Origin: an uncultured candidatus Porisulfidus sp.
GTDB lineage: Bacteria; Pseudomonadota; Gammaproteobacteria; Poriferisulfidales; Poriferisulfidaceae
Reading direction: 5' to 3'
NCBI GenBank assembly: GCA_965204575.1
Contig: OZ241993.1
Location: 992,001 to 1,056,000 of the forward strand
Length of the DNA: 64,000 bases
The position numbers and the translations under genes were made by a program. Below, in pieces: positions 44,423 through 54,481 of the stretch; positions within the stretch are counted from its first letter, which is position 1; every line of letters starts with the position of its first letter. The notes under the pieces were generated by a model. That model worked only from the letters and a program-made list of their open reading frames with translations. It did no database searches and was not told the DNA's origin.

Positions 44423-44866
44423 CTAGGTATTATTCGGTTGTGTCGGGTAGACATCGTGTTCTGGGTCCCACCACAAGACTTCCATAACATTCTGCCTTCT
44501 TATACACCACACCCTTTCTTTGCTAGAAATGCGGAACGAATAAAGTTCGTCAACATCATCTTTATGGAGTCGCTGAAGACGATCTCTAGCGTCTTTCGCA
44601 AGTTTATCAACACCAATAGGGTGACTTCCTGTCCTTTTAATTTGCTCTTCATTCATTTGTTCGAAATCTGACAATTTCTTTACTACACGCTGGTGTGTTT
44701 TGGGGTCTGATAATTCCAACCAAGGCCAAGGACCATTTCTGTCACACGAACTGAATCTCCAAGATAAACGATGTTCTTTGTCCGAATCCTCGCCACTCTT
44801 CGCTTTTTTAGCGGGGTGGGGGAGTTCGAATGATGGGAGAAGTTTTTTGGCTGGCTTTTTACCCAA
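44423..44866 (-). CDS. Putative toxin partner of the Panacea antitoxin (RelE/ParE-like RNase fold likely)
   Basis: TTG start 6 bp after the panA stop; LYSFRIS.KERVWCIR..V..LWWDPEH C-terminal pattern. Confidence 0.7.
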   Translation of the reverse strand: MGKKPAKKLLPSFELPHPAKKAKSGEDSDKEHRLSWRFSSCDRNGPWPWLELSDPKTHQRVVKKLSDFEQMNEEQIKRTGSHPIGVDKLAKDARDRLQRLHKDDVDELYSFRISSKERVWCIRRQNVMEVLWWDPEHDVYPTQPNNT

Positions 44867-44872
44867 GTTGTT

Positions 44873-45310
44873 TTACAAACCGGAGTAGTATTCAGCCATA
44901 GATGCATGGGTAATACATGCGTTTCCACGTTGTCCGCTGGCAAGACCCGCTTTTTCTCGCGCTTCTTGCCACGGAGCTTCCATGTGGGTCAAATCACTGA
45001 GCCACTGTGAAGACTTGTCACCATAGAAATCAAGAACAGCATTAATGGTTTCACGCTGTTCAGCATTCAGCAATTTCCATTCGGCACCCTTAATACTACC
45101 GATGCGAAACCTTCCTTTATGTTTGTTATACAAGTTCCGAATAACTGGGCCGTTCGCCCATGCTTCAATCCGATCATGGAAAATAGGCTTGTCATCCCAC
45201 ACAAGAGACCATGCCTGAGAGTAATAGACAAGCTTATGGAGTTTCATGGCAGGCATTGTGCCAAGATCTTTAAGAATGTAGGCGGCCACATCAATCGCCT
45301 GTACACCCAT
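44873..45310 (-). CDS. Panacea-domain (DUF4065/SocA/GepA) antitoxin
   Basis: MKLHKLVYYSQ, IEAWANGPV, LSDLTH.E.PW. Confidence 0.92.
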   Translation of the reverse strand: MGVQAIDVAAYILKDLGTMPAMKLHKLVYYSQAWSLVWDDKPIFHDRIEAWANGPVIRNLYNKHKGRFRIGSIKGAEWKLLNAEQRETINAVLDFYGDKSSQWLSDLTHMEAPWQEAREKAGLASGQRGNACITHASMAEYYSGL

Positions 45311-45696
45311 TTTTTGTTCCTCCTACAAAGTCCAAACAATCTGTAATTTCATTTGGGCCGTCATTATAATCCCATTTCTCTGTATTTTGAGGTTTGGGCG
45401 ACTGATTGAAGTAAATTATTGAAAGTATGCAGATTTCTTTATCCGATGCTACAACCACTCTGTATTTGTAGGATTGGGGGTCACTACAATCCGTGCATTA
45501 GGCTACAGACGCACTGATCGTCTATAACTTGGCGATGAGCTCCGGTTCGGTGGCGTGGCCAGCCGACCCGGTCTTTCTGGACGTCTTTCGGCGCGAGGCG
45601 CTGGAGGCGGAATATATATAGCAATTCCTGCTGCCGTCTGCTTCACGCAGGACGGAGGGTTGGGTTCAGCTTGGCAGGCGGGTGATTTCGGAGCGG

Positions 45697-46044
45697 CTAG
45701 TAGCCTTCCGTGGCCGGGGTCAGCACTTCACGGAAAAAAGGTGCCCAGGCCAGCAGCAGCAGCAGGACGAAGACCACCTCGGTCAAAAGCACTCTGCGCC
45801 AGCGGGCGCGTGCTTCCGGAACCGCGTCGGCGAGCCGAACCGACGACATGAGAATGTCGAACAGCAGCACGAAGAACACCAGCGGGGCGGCAACCGGAAG
45901 GATTAAGGTGCGAACCAGGTCGAGGCCGTGAAGGCTCAACGGGATGCCCGCCGGCGTCGCAGCCAGCGCCAGGGTGGCGGCCAACACTAGGAGCGTCACG
46001 CGCAGGACACCCAGTTCGGCGAAAAGCGCGCGGACCGAAATCAT
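45697..46044 (-). CDS. Hypothetical 3-TM membrane protein
   Basis: Hydrophobic segments; ATGA overlap with sat. Confidence 0.7.
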   Translation of the reverse strand: MISVRALFAELGVLRVTLLVLAATLALAATPAGIPLSLHGLDLVRTLILPVAAPLVFFVLLFDILMSSVRLADAVPEARARWRRVLLTEVVFVLLLLLAWAPFFREVLTPATEGY

Positions 46045-47225
46045 AGGGACTGGTAGTAGTCCATCAGGATCCGGGCGATCTCCGGGCGCGCGAATTCAGG
46101 CGGCAGGTCCTCGCCGTTGGACAGCATCTCCCGAACCCGGGTGCCGGACAGCAGCACGAAGTCTTCCTTCTGGTGGTCCGGCGCGTCGCGCATCATCACC
46201 ACCTTGTCCAGCTTCTTGGAGTAGGCGGTATGGTCGGCGCGGAAGATCTCGATATCCAGCGCGCCTTCCGGCACATCCTCGTCGAAGATCGTCTGCGCGT
46301 CGAATGCCCCGTAGTAGTCGCCGACCCCGGCATGGTCGCGCCCGACGATCAGGTGCGTGCAGCCGGCGTTCTGGCGGAACACGGCGTGCAGCACGGCCTC
46401 GCGCGGCCCGGCGTACAGCATGTCGAAGCCGTAGCCGGTGATCATCACCGTGTTGGGCGGGAAGTAGAGTTCGACCATCTTGCGGATGGCGGCGTCGCGC
46501 ACATGGGCGGGGATGTCGCCGGGCTTGAGGCGGCCGAGCAGCATATGGACCAGCACCCCGTCGGCGCCGACCGTCTCCTTGGCGATCTTGCACAGCTCCT
46601 CGTGTGCGCGGTGCATCGGGTTGCGGGTCTGGAACGCGACCACGCGGTTCCAGCCACGCTCTTCGATCTCGTCGCGGATCTGCACCGCGGTGCGGAAAGT
46701 GCCGGCGAACTCGTCCGGGAAGTAGCTGTAGTCCAGCACTTCGACCGGCCCGGAAACCAGCGTGCGGCCGTTGTCGAGGAAGGTCTGGACGCCGGGATGC
46801 TCGGGATCGGTGGTCCGGTAGACCTGGTTGGCCAGGCGTTCGAAATCGGCTTCGGACAGGGTTTCGACCGCCTCGACCTGCTGGATGGCCAGCACCGGGT
46901 TGCCGTCCCGGTTGGAGTCGCGCAGGGCGATGCGCGACGCGCCCTCGATGGCGGAGGCGTCCTGCGTCTGGTTGAGGATCGGCACCGGCCAGAACAATCC
47001 GGACTCGGTATGCATCTCGCGGCCGATGCGCAGGGCGTCCGCGGCGTTCATGTAGCCGGTCAGCGGCGTGAAGTACCCGCCGGCCATCATGACGGCATTG
47101 GAGACGGCGGCGGAGTTGAGCAGCAGGGAAGGCAGGGATTCGGCTTCGTCCCGAAGCGCGGCCGCGCGTCCGGCATCTTCAACGGCGAGCGGAATCAGTC
47201 GCTCGCTGGCGTAGGGCTTGATCAT
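46041..47225 (-). CDS. sat: Sulfate adenylyltransferase, dissimilatory (sulfur-oxidiser) type
   Basis: AFQTRNPMHRAHEEL, YAGPREAVLHA, GRDHAGVGDYY; MIKP start and ILMDYYQS end as in chemolithotroph Sat. Confidence 0.96.
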   Translation of the reverse strand: MIKPYASERLIPLAVEDAGRAAALRDEAESLPSLLLNSAAVSNAVMMAGGYFTPLTGYMNAADALRIGREMHTESGLFWPVPILNQTQDASAIEGASRIALRDSNRDGNPVLAIQQVEAVETLSEADFERLANQVYRTTDPEHPGVQTFLDNGRTLVSGPVEVLDYSYFPDEFAGTFRTAVQIRDEIEERGWNRVVAFQTRNPMHRAHEELCKIAKETVGADGVLVHMLLGRLKPGDIPAHVRDAAIRKMVELYFPPNTVMITGYGFDMLYAGPREAVLHAVFRQNAGCTHLIVGRDHAGVGDYYGAFDAQTIFDEDVPEGALDIEIFRADHTAYSKKLDKVVMMRDAPDHQKEDFVLLSGTRVREMLSNGEDLPPEFARPEIARILMDYYQSL

Positions 47226-47301
47226 CGGTATCGTCCGTGAAAAAGGAAAACTATTTTACCGATAAGGGAGGATTTCTTCCGTTTCGCTGCCCGTAGCCGC
47301 A

Positions 47302-47330
47302 TTGAAACTGGCCTTCCGAGTCCCAATTTA
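47302..47330 (+). promoter_or_regulatory. Putative sigma32 promoter of clpB
   Basis: TTGAAA-N14-CCCAATTTA upstream of clpB. Confidence 0.6.
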
Positions 47331-47358
47331 ATAAGGGGTTCGACAACCTATTGACGAC

Positions 47359-49932
47359 ATGAGAGTAGACAAGCTGACCCAGCCGTTCCAGCAGGCGCTG
47401 ATGGAAGCGCAGTCGTTGGCGGTTGGCCGGGACTGCCCGGAGATCGCCCCGGCGCACCTGATGACGGCCCTGCTCGAGCAGCCGGACACGGCGGCCGGCT
47501 CGCTGCTGCGCGAGGCGGGGGCGGATTTGAACCGTCTGCGCGATGGTCTGGTTCGGTGCCTCGAGACCCTGCCACAGGTGACTGGCGAGAAGGGTGAGGT
47601 GCGGTTCTCGCCCGACTTGCAGAAGTTGCTCAACATCTGCGACAAGCTTGCGCAGGATCGCGGCGACCAGTACATCGCGTCCGAACTGTTCCTGCTCGCG
47701 GCACAGCAGGATCGGGGAGAAATCGGGAAACTGCTGCGCGAGTGCGGCGTGGACGCCGAGCGCCTGATGCAGGCGATCGCCCAGCTGCAGGGTGACGAAC
47801 CCGTTACGGACCCAAATGCCGAACAGCACCGCCAGGCACTAGAGAAGTACACGGATGATCTGACCTGCCGTGCGGAGCAGGGCAAGATCGACCCGATCAT
47901 CGGCCGCGACGAGGAAATCCGGCGCGCGATCCAGATCCTGCAACGGCGTACCAAGAACAATCCGGTGCTGATCGGGGAGGCCGGCGTCGGCAAGACCGCA
48001 ATCGTCGAGGGGCTGGCGCTGCGCATCGTCAACGGCGAGGTGCCGGAGAGCCTGCGCAACCGGCGGGTGCTGGCGCTGGACATGGCGGCGTTGGTTGCCG
48101 GCACCAAGTTCCGCGGCGAATTCGAGGAGCGGCTCAAGGCGGTCCTCAAGGAACTGGCGCAGCAGGAAGACGCAGTCATCCTGTTCATCGACGAATTGCA
48201 CACCCTGGTCGGCGCCGGGCGGGCGGAAGGCTCGATGGATGCCGGCAACATGCTCAAGCCGGCGCTGGCGCGCGGCGAACTGCACTGCATCGGCGCCACC
48301 ACCCTGGACGAGTACCGCGAGAACCTGGAGAAGGACGCGGCGCTGGAACGCCGATTCCAGAAGATCCTGGTCGACGAACCGAGCGTGGAGGACACCATCG
48401 CGATCCTGCGCGGGATCAAGGAGCGCTACGAGGTTCACCACGGGGTCGAGATCACGGATCCGGCGCTGGTCGCCGCCGCCACCCTGTCGTCGCGCTACCT
48501 GACCGACCGCCGCCTGCCGGACAAGGCGATCGACCTGGTCGACGAGGCGGCCTCGCGCATTCGCATGGAGGTCGAGTCCATGCCGGAAGAGATGGACCGC
48601 CTGGACCGGCGCATGATTCAGCTCAAGATCGAACGCCAGGCCCTGCGCAAGGAGGACGATCCGGCCTCCCGCGAGCGGCTGAAGGTGCTGGAGGAAGAAC
48701 TGGCGCGCCTGGAGAAGGAGTATGCCGACCTGGAGGAGGTCTGGAAGGCCGAGAAGTCGGCGGTCAGCGATACCGCCCGGCTCAAGAAGGAACTGGACCA
48801 GGCGCGGCTCGAAATGGACCGGGCGCGGCGTGAGAACGACCTGGAGCGTGCCGCGGAACTGCAGCACGGGATCATCCCGGACCTTCAGCGCCAGCTGGAG
48901 CAGGCACATGACTCGGAGAAGCCGCAGGCGACCCTGTTCCAGGACATCGTCACCGAAGAGGAAATCGCCGAGGTGGTGGCGCGTGCGACCGGCATCCCGG
49001 TGTCCCGGATGCTGGAGGGAGAGAAAGAGCGGCTGCTGCGCATGGAGGAGGCGCTGCACCGGCGGGTGGTCGGCCAGGACGAGGCCGTGACCGCGGTCTG
49101 CCACGCAATCCGGCGCTCCCGCTCCGGGCTGACCGACCCGGGCCGCCCGATCGGGTCTTTCCTGTTCCTGGGGCCGACCGGTGTGGGCAAGACCGAACTA
49201 TGCAAGGCGCTGGCGGAATTCCTGTTCGACCAGGAGTCGGCGATGGTGCGCGTGGACATGTCGGAGTTCATGGAAAAGCATTCCGTGGCGCGGTTGATTG
49301 GCGCGCCGCCTGGGTACGTGGGCTACGAGGAAGGCGGCCGGTTGACCGAAGCGGTGCGCCGCCGCCCGTTCACGGTGGTCTTGCTCGACGAGATCGAGAA
49401 GGCGCACCCGGACGTGTTCAACGTGCTGTTGCAACTGCTCGACGACGGCCGCCTGACGGACGGCCACGGCCGGACCGTAAGTTTTGCCAATGCGGTGGTG
49501 GCGATGACCTCCAACCTGGGCAGCGACACGGTGCAGAAGATGGCGCGCGAGTCGCACGAGGACCTGAAGCTTGCCCTGCAGGAGCGGTTGACGGAGCACT
49601 TCCGCCCGGAATTCATCAACCGGATTGACGAGACGCTGGTGTTCCGGGCATTGCAGCGCGAACAGATCCACGAGATCGTCCGCATCCAGGTCGAGCGGCT
49701 CAAGGAGCGCTTAGCCGAGCGCAACCTGGCGCTGGAGTTGTCGGACGAAGCCGTCGAATTCATCGGCAATGCCGGCTACGACCCGGACTACGGCGCGCGA
49801 CCCCTGCGCCGGGTGTTGCGCAACGACCTGGAGAACCCGTTGGCTCAGGCGCTTCTGGAGGGGAAATTCCTGCCCGGCCAGACGGTGCAGGTGGATTGCG
49901 GGAAAGAGGGCCTCCGCCTTATCGCGGCGTAA
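47359..49932 (+). CDS. clpB: ATP-dependent chaperone ClpB
   Basis: Two AAA modules ([16 protein letters not shown]), coiled-coil M domain, [13 protein letters not shown]. Confidence 0.98.
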   Translation: MRVDKLTQPFQQALMEAQSLAVGRDCPEIAPAHLMTALLEQPDTAAGSLLREAGADLNRLRDGLVRCLETLPQVTGEKGEVRFSPDLQKLLNICDKLAQDRGDQYIASELFLLAAQQDRGEIGKLLRECGVDAERLMQAIAQLQGDEPVTDPNAEQHRQALEKYTDDLTCRAEQGKIDPIIGRDEEIRRAIQILQRRTKNNPVLIGEAGVGKTAIVEGLALRIVNGEVPESLRNRRVLALDMAALVAGTKFRGEFEERLKAVLKELAQQEDAVILFIDELHTLVGAGRAEGSMDAGNMLKPALARGELHCIGATTLDEYRENLEKDAALERRFQKILVDEPSVEDTIAILRGIKERYEVHHGVEITDPALVAAATLSSRYLTDRRLPDKAIDLVDEAASRIRMEVESMPEEMDRLDRRMIQLKIERQALRKEDDPASRERLKVLEEELARLEKEYADLEEVWKAEKSAVSDTARLKKELDQARLEMDRARRENDLERAAELQHGIIPDLQRQLEQAHDSEKPQATLFQDIVTEEEIAEVVARATGIPVSRMLEGEKERLLRMEEALHRRVVGQDEAVTAVCHAIRRSRSGLTDPGRPIGSFLFLGPTGVGKTELCKALAEFLFDQESAMVRVDMSEFMEKHSVARLIGAPPGYVGYEEGGRLTEAVRRRPFTVVLLDEIEKAHPDVFNVLLQLLDDGRLTDGHGRTVSFANAVVAMTSNLGSDTVQKMARESHEDLKLALQERLTEHFRPEFINRIDETLVFRALQREQIHEIVRIQVERLKERLAERNLALELSDEAVEFIGNAGYDPDYGARPLRRVLRNDLENPLAQALLEGKFLPGQTVQVDCGKEGLRLIAA
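49859..49932 (+). repeat. 74-bp imperfect direct repeat: current clpB 3' end
   Basis: 62/74 identical, ungapped, to 51180-51253. Confidence 0.92.
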
Positions 49933-50030
49933 CTTTCGCCAGCAGGAATTCCATCAGGACATCCACGAAATGGACGACCTTGTTCCGCGCAATGGTCGGT
50001 AAGACCATCACCTGCAAGGAACCTACGTCA
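49932..50030 (+). pseudogene. Possible C-terminal remnant of an IS1595-family transposase
   Basis: Frame reads [26 protein letters not shown], resembling the EFA.R.NIR..MVGK.L.YKEL tail of IS1595/ISXO2 transposases; recalled similarity only. Confidence 0.4.
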
Positions 50031-50105
50031 CAAATCCGGGCTGAATTTAGGGGGAAGACGCACGAAAATTTGACAGGAATCATTAGTGGTGCTAGGTTTT
50101 GACCC

Positions 50106-50324
50106 ATGCCGGAGCATAAAATTCAAAGGGCTAAATCTTTCCGTTCGGGTTTTCTCGACGGAGTGATCTTTTTGTTAAGAATTAATGAAATGGATTCTTT
50201 GGAGGAGAGAAGCCGCCGGAGGATTCAAGATTACGATCCCAGTTATTTAAGGGAATCTGGAGATCTCGAACGGATTGGACGCGATATGAGGGAAGCGTTT
50301 TCAAATGTAGTAGATGTCCCGTAA
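50106..50324 (+). CDS. Small hypothetical protein upstream of the DUF2335 gene
   Basis: 72-aa AT-rich ORF ending DLERIGRDMREAF, a pattern I recall in partners of DUF2335 genes. Confidence 0.6.
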   Translation: MPEHKIQRAKSFRSGFLDGVIFLLRINEMDSLEERSRRRIQDYDPSYLRESGDLERIGRDMREAFSNVVDVP

Positions 50325-50375
50325 AAAGACCAGACGGGAACGAGCAAGTCGTTCGAACTTGTCTCCACAAAAAGA

Positions 50376-50762
50376 GTGCCCCGGCAAACAAATCCAGCAG
50401 AACCCGCCGAACAAGAAAATCAAGCCCTGATTCAGACAGAGAGCAGTTTTTCCGGTCCTTTGCCACATCCGGAACTTTTTGCTCAATACGATAAGGTTTT
50501 GCCTGGCACGGCTGAACGGATATTAAAAATGACCGAGTCTGAACAGGGGCATCGGCATTCTTTAGTTAGAGCTGTTCTCAAAGGAGATCAGCGCTATCGA
50601 CTTTTCGGGATGACATTTGCTTTTCTTATCTGGATGGGAGCCATTGGTGGAGCTATATATCTGATCTCCATTGACAAAGATTGGATGGGCGGTTTCATTT
50701 TCTTTATTGCCCTGGCAGGAATCGTCCGACAATTTATTCAAGGGAAAAGCCAGAACAAGTGA
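50376..50762 (+). CDS. DUF2335-domain membrane protein; 5' end possibly frameshifted
   Basis: FSGPLPHPE..Y..LPG.AERI..M.E.EQ.HRH followed by two TM helices. Confidence 0.85.
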   Translation: MPRQTNPAEPAEQENQALIQTESSFSGPLPHPELFAQYDKVLPGTAERILKMTESEQGHRHSLVRAVLKGDQRYRLFGMTFAFLIWMGAIGGAIYLISIDKDWMGGFIFFIALAGIVRQFIQGKSQNK

Positions 50763-51179
50763 AGAAAAGCAAGGCAGGCATTCCGATACCTTCATTTGTC
50801 AACTACTCGCTATGATTCCCCTTGTTTTTCAGAAGGTGTGGCTTCCATGTGTGCTAGTTGCCGGGGCAGCCGGATAAGGGAATTTTTTGATAGGAAATGG
50901 AGTTTGGCTGAATAACAAGAGCCAAAGAAATGATGAGAGCCAAATCCCGTCAACCCCGCTCGGGCCCTCTACCTTGGTACCTGCATCGGAGGTTGGCATG
51001 GTAGGATTTATTCCCGGCAATGAATCCATGGAGTAACCCATGGTTAGAAGACTTAATCCGCCGCCACCGCCACCGCCGTATCCTTCCAGGCAGAGTTAGT
51101 TGCTAATCGGGCTTGACAGCCTTCAATTCCGGAAAAATCGGATCGCTGGGCAAGAAGTGTCTTTTGCCGGACGCTGTCT

Positions 51180-51253
51180 AGGGGAAATTCCTGCCTGGCC
51201 AGACGGTCCAGGTGGATTGCGGAGAAGGGGGCCTGCGCTTCAGTTCGGCGTGA
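51180..51253 (+). repeat. Stranded clpB 3' end copy overlapping the proS stop
   Basis: Translates [23 protein letters not shown] versus clp[24 protein letters not shown]. Confidence 0.92.
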
Positions 51254-52958
51254 TTCTCGCCTGCAGGAACTCCAGCAGTCCGTCTGCCGTCACATCTTCC
51301 GCCTCGTCGAGGTTGCGACGATGCCGGTATTCCAGCCGGCCTTCTTCGAGCGTGCGCGGACTGATGACCACCCGGTGAGGGATGCCGACCAGGTCGGCTT
51401 CGGCAAACATGACCCCCGGGCGCAGGTTGCGGTCGTCGAGCAGGACCTCAATGCCAAGTTCCCTGCATTGCCCATATAGCGTTTCGGCGGTATCGCGAAC
51501 CGTATCGTCGCGATCGGCACCGATCGGGCACAGCAGGACGGAAAAGGGTGCCATCGCATCCGGCCAGATGATGCCATGCTCATCGTGGTTTTGTTCGATG
51601 GCGGCGGCCACGATCCGGGTAATGCCGATGCCGTAGCAGCCCATCGTGACGACCTGAGCCTTGCCGTCGGGATCCAGTACGGTGCAGTCCATGGCCTGAC
51701 TGTATTTGTTGCCGAGCTGGAAGATGTGGCCGACTTCAATGCCGCGCGCACTGCGTACGGGACCGCTCCCGTCCGGACTCGTTTCCCCGTCCTCAAGGTT
51801 GCGGATATCGCAGATCTGGTCCGGAGTCGCGTCGCGCTCCCAGTTGACGCCGGTGTAGTGCACGCCCTCGCGGTTGGCGCCGCACACGAAATCCGAAAGC
51901 ACGGCTGCGCTGGCATCGACGTAGAGGGGCAGTTCAAGCCCGGCAGGCCCCAGCGAACCAACCGGGCAACCGAGCTTCTTCTGGACTTCCTCTTCATCTG
52001 CAAAGCACAACGGGCTTCGGACGCCTTCGATCTTGGCAGCCTTCACCGCATTCAGGCGATGATCGCCGCGCAGGATCAGCGCGACCAGCGAGCCTTCCTC
52101 CTCACCCTGGACGATCAGGGTCTTGACCGACTGTTCCGGCGGCGTGCCGAGGAACTCCGAGACCTCCTCGATGGTGTGCTGGCCGGGGGTGTCGACCTCT
52201 TTCATTTCCTGGGTCGGCTCGGGACGCGGGGACTCCGGGGCCGGGGCGGGCGCCTGCTCCACGTTGGCCGCGTAATCCGACTGCTCCGAATACACGATCT
52301 CGTCTTCGCCGGAATCCGCCAGTACGTGGAATTCGTGCGACAGGGCACCGCCGATCGCACCCGAATCGGCCCGCACGTATCGATATTCGAGCCCCAGGCG
52401 GTCGAAGATCCGGCAGTAGGCGAGGCGCATCTCCTCGTAGGTCTCATCCAGGCTGGCCGGGTCGAGATGGAACGAATAGGCGTCCTTCATCACGAATTCC
52501 CGGGCCCGCATCACGCCGAAACGGGGGCGGATCTCGTCCCGGAACTTGGTCTGGATCTGGTAGTAGTTCACCGGCAGCTGGCGGTAGCTCTTGAGTTCGC
52601 GCCGCGCGATGTCGGTGATGACTTCCTCGTGGGTCGGGCCGAAGCAGAATTCCCGTTCGTGGCGGTCGGCGAAGCGCAGCAGTTCCGGCCCGTACTGCTC
52701 CCAGCGCCCGGATTCGTGCCACAATTCCGCCGGTTGCACGGCCGGCATCAGCAATTCCACGGCACCGCTGCGGTCCATTTCCTCGCGCACGATGGTTTCG
52801 ACCTTGCGCGCAACCTTCAGGCCGAAGGGCATCCAGCTGTACAGCCCGGCGGCCAGCATCCGGATGAGGCCGGCGCGCAGCATCAACTGGTGGCTCACGA
52901 TCTCGGCATCGGCCGGGGTCTCCTTGAGCGTGGTCAGAGGCAGTCGGGACAGGCGCAT
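51240..52958 (-). CDS. proS: Proline--tRNA ligase
   Basis: [40 protein letters not shown]. Confidence 0.98.
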   Translation of the reverse strand: MRLSRLPLTTLKETPADAEIVSHQLMLRAGLIRMLAAGLYSWMPFGLKVARKVETIVREEMDRSGAVELLMPAVQPAELWHESGRWEQYGPELLRFADRHEREFCFGPTHEEVITDIARRELKSYRQLPVNYYQIQTKFRDEIRPRFGVMRAREFVMKDAYSFHLDPASLDETYEEMRLAYCRIFDRLGLEYRYVRADSGAIGGALSHEFHVLADSGEDEIVYSEQSDYAANVEQAPAPAPESPRPEPTQEMKEVDTPGQHTIEEVSEFLGTPPEQSVKTLIVQGEEEGSLVALILRGDHRLNAVKAAKIEGVRSPLCFADEEEVQKKLGCPVGSLGPAGLELPLYVDASAAVLSDFVCGANREGVHYTGVNWERDATPDQICDIRNLEDGETSPDGSGPVRSARGIEVGHIFQLGNKYSQAMDCTVLDPDGKAQVVTMGCYGIGITRIVAAAIEQNHDEHGIIWPDAMAPFSVLLCPIGADRDDTVRDTAETLYGQCRELGIEVLLDDRNLRPGVMFAEADLVGIPHRVVISPRTLEEGRLEYRHRRNLDEAEDVTADGLLEFLQARITPN

Positions 52959-53065
52959 GGTCGACGGTCAGGCGCGCCCATCATACAGAAACAAAGGCGC
53001 CGGGCGGGCAGCGCCACGAATGTCCTGTCGGCTTTCGCTTCGGTGCGGGCTCGCTGAAAATCCGG

Positions 53066-53380
53066 TCACGCAAATGCTTCTCGATGCTGTGGCTCTTGCG
53101 CCGCATGTTGCCGGCGCGCCTGGGCCAGTTCATAACTCGCCTGCATGCGCATCCAGTGATCGGCAGTTCCCCAGCCGATGTTTTCCAGTGCGAGTGCCAT
53201 GTTGGCGGATAATCCCGCCTTGCCGTTCAGCAGGCGCGACAAGGTCCCCCGCTCGCAATGCAGGTGGGCAGCCGTCTCGGTGACATTCCAGCCGACTGCT
53301 TCAATGTTTTCACGAATCAGTTCGCCCAGATGCGGTGGATTCAGCATCGGGCGGGCGCGTTTGCTGTCGTTTCTGTTCAT
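53066..53380 (-). CDS. higA: Orphan HigA-family HTH antitoxin
   Basis: NPPHLGELIRE..A..L...R.TLSRLLNG...S..MAL.L..WMRMQ..Y; no higB upstream. Confidence 0.85.
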   Translation of the reverse strand: MNRNDSKRARPMLNPPHLGELIRENIEAVGWNVTETAAHLHCERGTLSRLLNGKAGLSANMALALENIGWGTADHWMRMQASYELAQARRQHAAQEPQHREAFA

Positions 53381-53569
53381 GGATTCTGCCCCTTCCCGTT
53401 TTGTGGCGTCGATCTGGTCATTCCCGGTCGTCACGGAGGTATTGTGGCGTGTCGTGCCATGTGCTGCAACCCGCGGGCACTTTCGAGGGTGGGACATGGC
53501 GGAGATCGGATACGCCCGCGCAACATCCGCGGTGTATACTTGCAGGAATCCCATGAGCGCGTACCCGCG

Positions 53570-54481
53570 ATGTCCGACCGCCGCCTGAAAGCCTTCTACA
53601 CGGTGGCCCGGCTGCTGAGTTTTACCAAGGCGGCCAAAGTCCTGCACCTGACCCAGCCGGCGGTGACGTTCCAGATCCGGCAGTTGGAGGATTACTACAA
53701 GACGCGTCTGTTCGACCGGACGCACAATCGCATCACGCTGACCGAATCCGGCGCCAAGGTGTACGAGTACGCGCGCCAGATCTTCGAGTTGTACAACGAA
53801 CTGGAAACCGAGATGAACCGCATCGCCGGCGACCTGACCGGGCCGGTCACGGTCGGCGCCAGCAACACCATCGCGGTGTACATGCTGCCGCGGATGCTGC
53901 GCGAGTTCCGCACCCACCACCCGGAAATGGTATTGCGCCTGAAGGTCTCGAACACCGAAGGGGTGGCGACGATGGTGGAGAGCGGCACGGCCGACCTCGG
54001 CATCGTGGAAGGGCCGGTGAGCGACAAGGCCTTGCTGGTGGAGATGTGCAAGATGGACGAACTGGTGGCGATCGCGCCGCCCAGGCACCCGCTCCTGCAC
54101 AGCGCGCCGGTGCGCATCAGCCAGGTGCTGCAGCACCCGTTCGTCATGCGCGAGGAAGGGTCCGGGACCCGCAAGGTCATCATGAACTACCTGGAAAACC
54201 AGCGCATCGGCGTCGACCGCATCGACATCGTGATGGAACTCGGCGGCCTGGAGGCGATCAAGGCCGCGGTGGAGTCCGGCATGGGCGTGTCAATCCTCTC
54301 GCGCGAGACCATCCACAAGGAGTTGCAGCTGCGCACCCTGAGTTGCGCGTCCCTGACCCCGGCGCTGACCCGCCAGCTGTCCCTGGTCAGCCTGCGCCAG
54401 CCGCACCGCCCCCCGACCGTGGAAGCCCTGCGGGACTTCGCCATGGATTTCTACGCCGCCGTGCCGGAGGCAGCCGCGTGA
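53570..54481 (+). CDS. LysR-family transcriptional regulator (CysL/CbbR-like subgroup)
   Basis: SFTKAA..LHLTQPAVT.QIRQLE HTH; REEGSGTR. Confidence 0.93.
   Translation: MSDRRLKAFYTVARLLSFTKAAKVLHLTQPAVTFQIRQLEDYYKTRLFDRTHNRITLTESGAKVYEYARQIFELYNELETEMNRIAGDLTGPVTVGASNTIAVYMLPRMLREFRTHHPEMVLRLKVSNTEGVATMVESGTADLGIVEGPVSDKALLVEMCKMDELVAIAPPRHPLLHSAPVRISQVLQHPFVMREEGSGTRKVIMNYLENQRIGVDRIDIVMELGGLEAIKAAVESGMGVSILSRETIHKELQLRTLSCASLTPALTRQLSLVSLRQPHRPPTVEALRDFAMDFYAAVPEAAA

Noticed and set aside
44304-45725. Partial repeat CCTTCC..GGCCGGGGTC on both sides of the Panacea TA insert
   Set aside because: Only 10 bp exact in GC-rich sequence, and it would place the likely urtA promoter inside the insert.
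50829-51100. Small ORFs and a CCGCCA-type microrepeat in the clpB insert
   Set aside because: No recognisable motif or RBS; probably decayed sequence.
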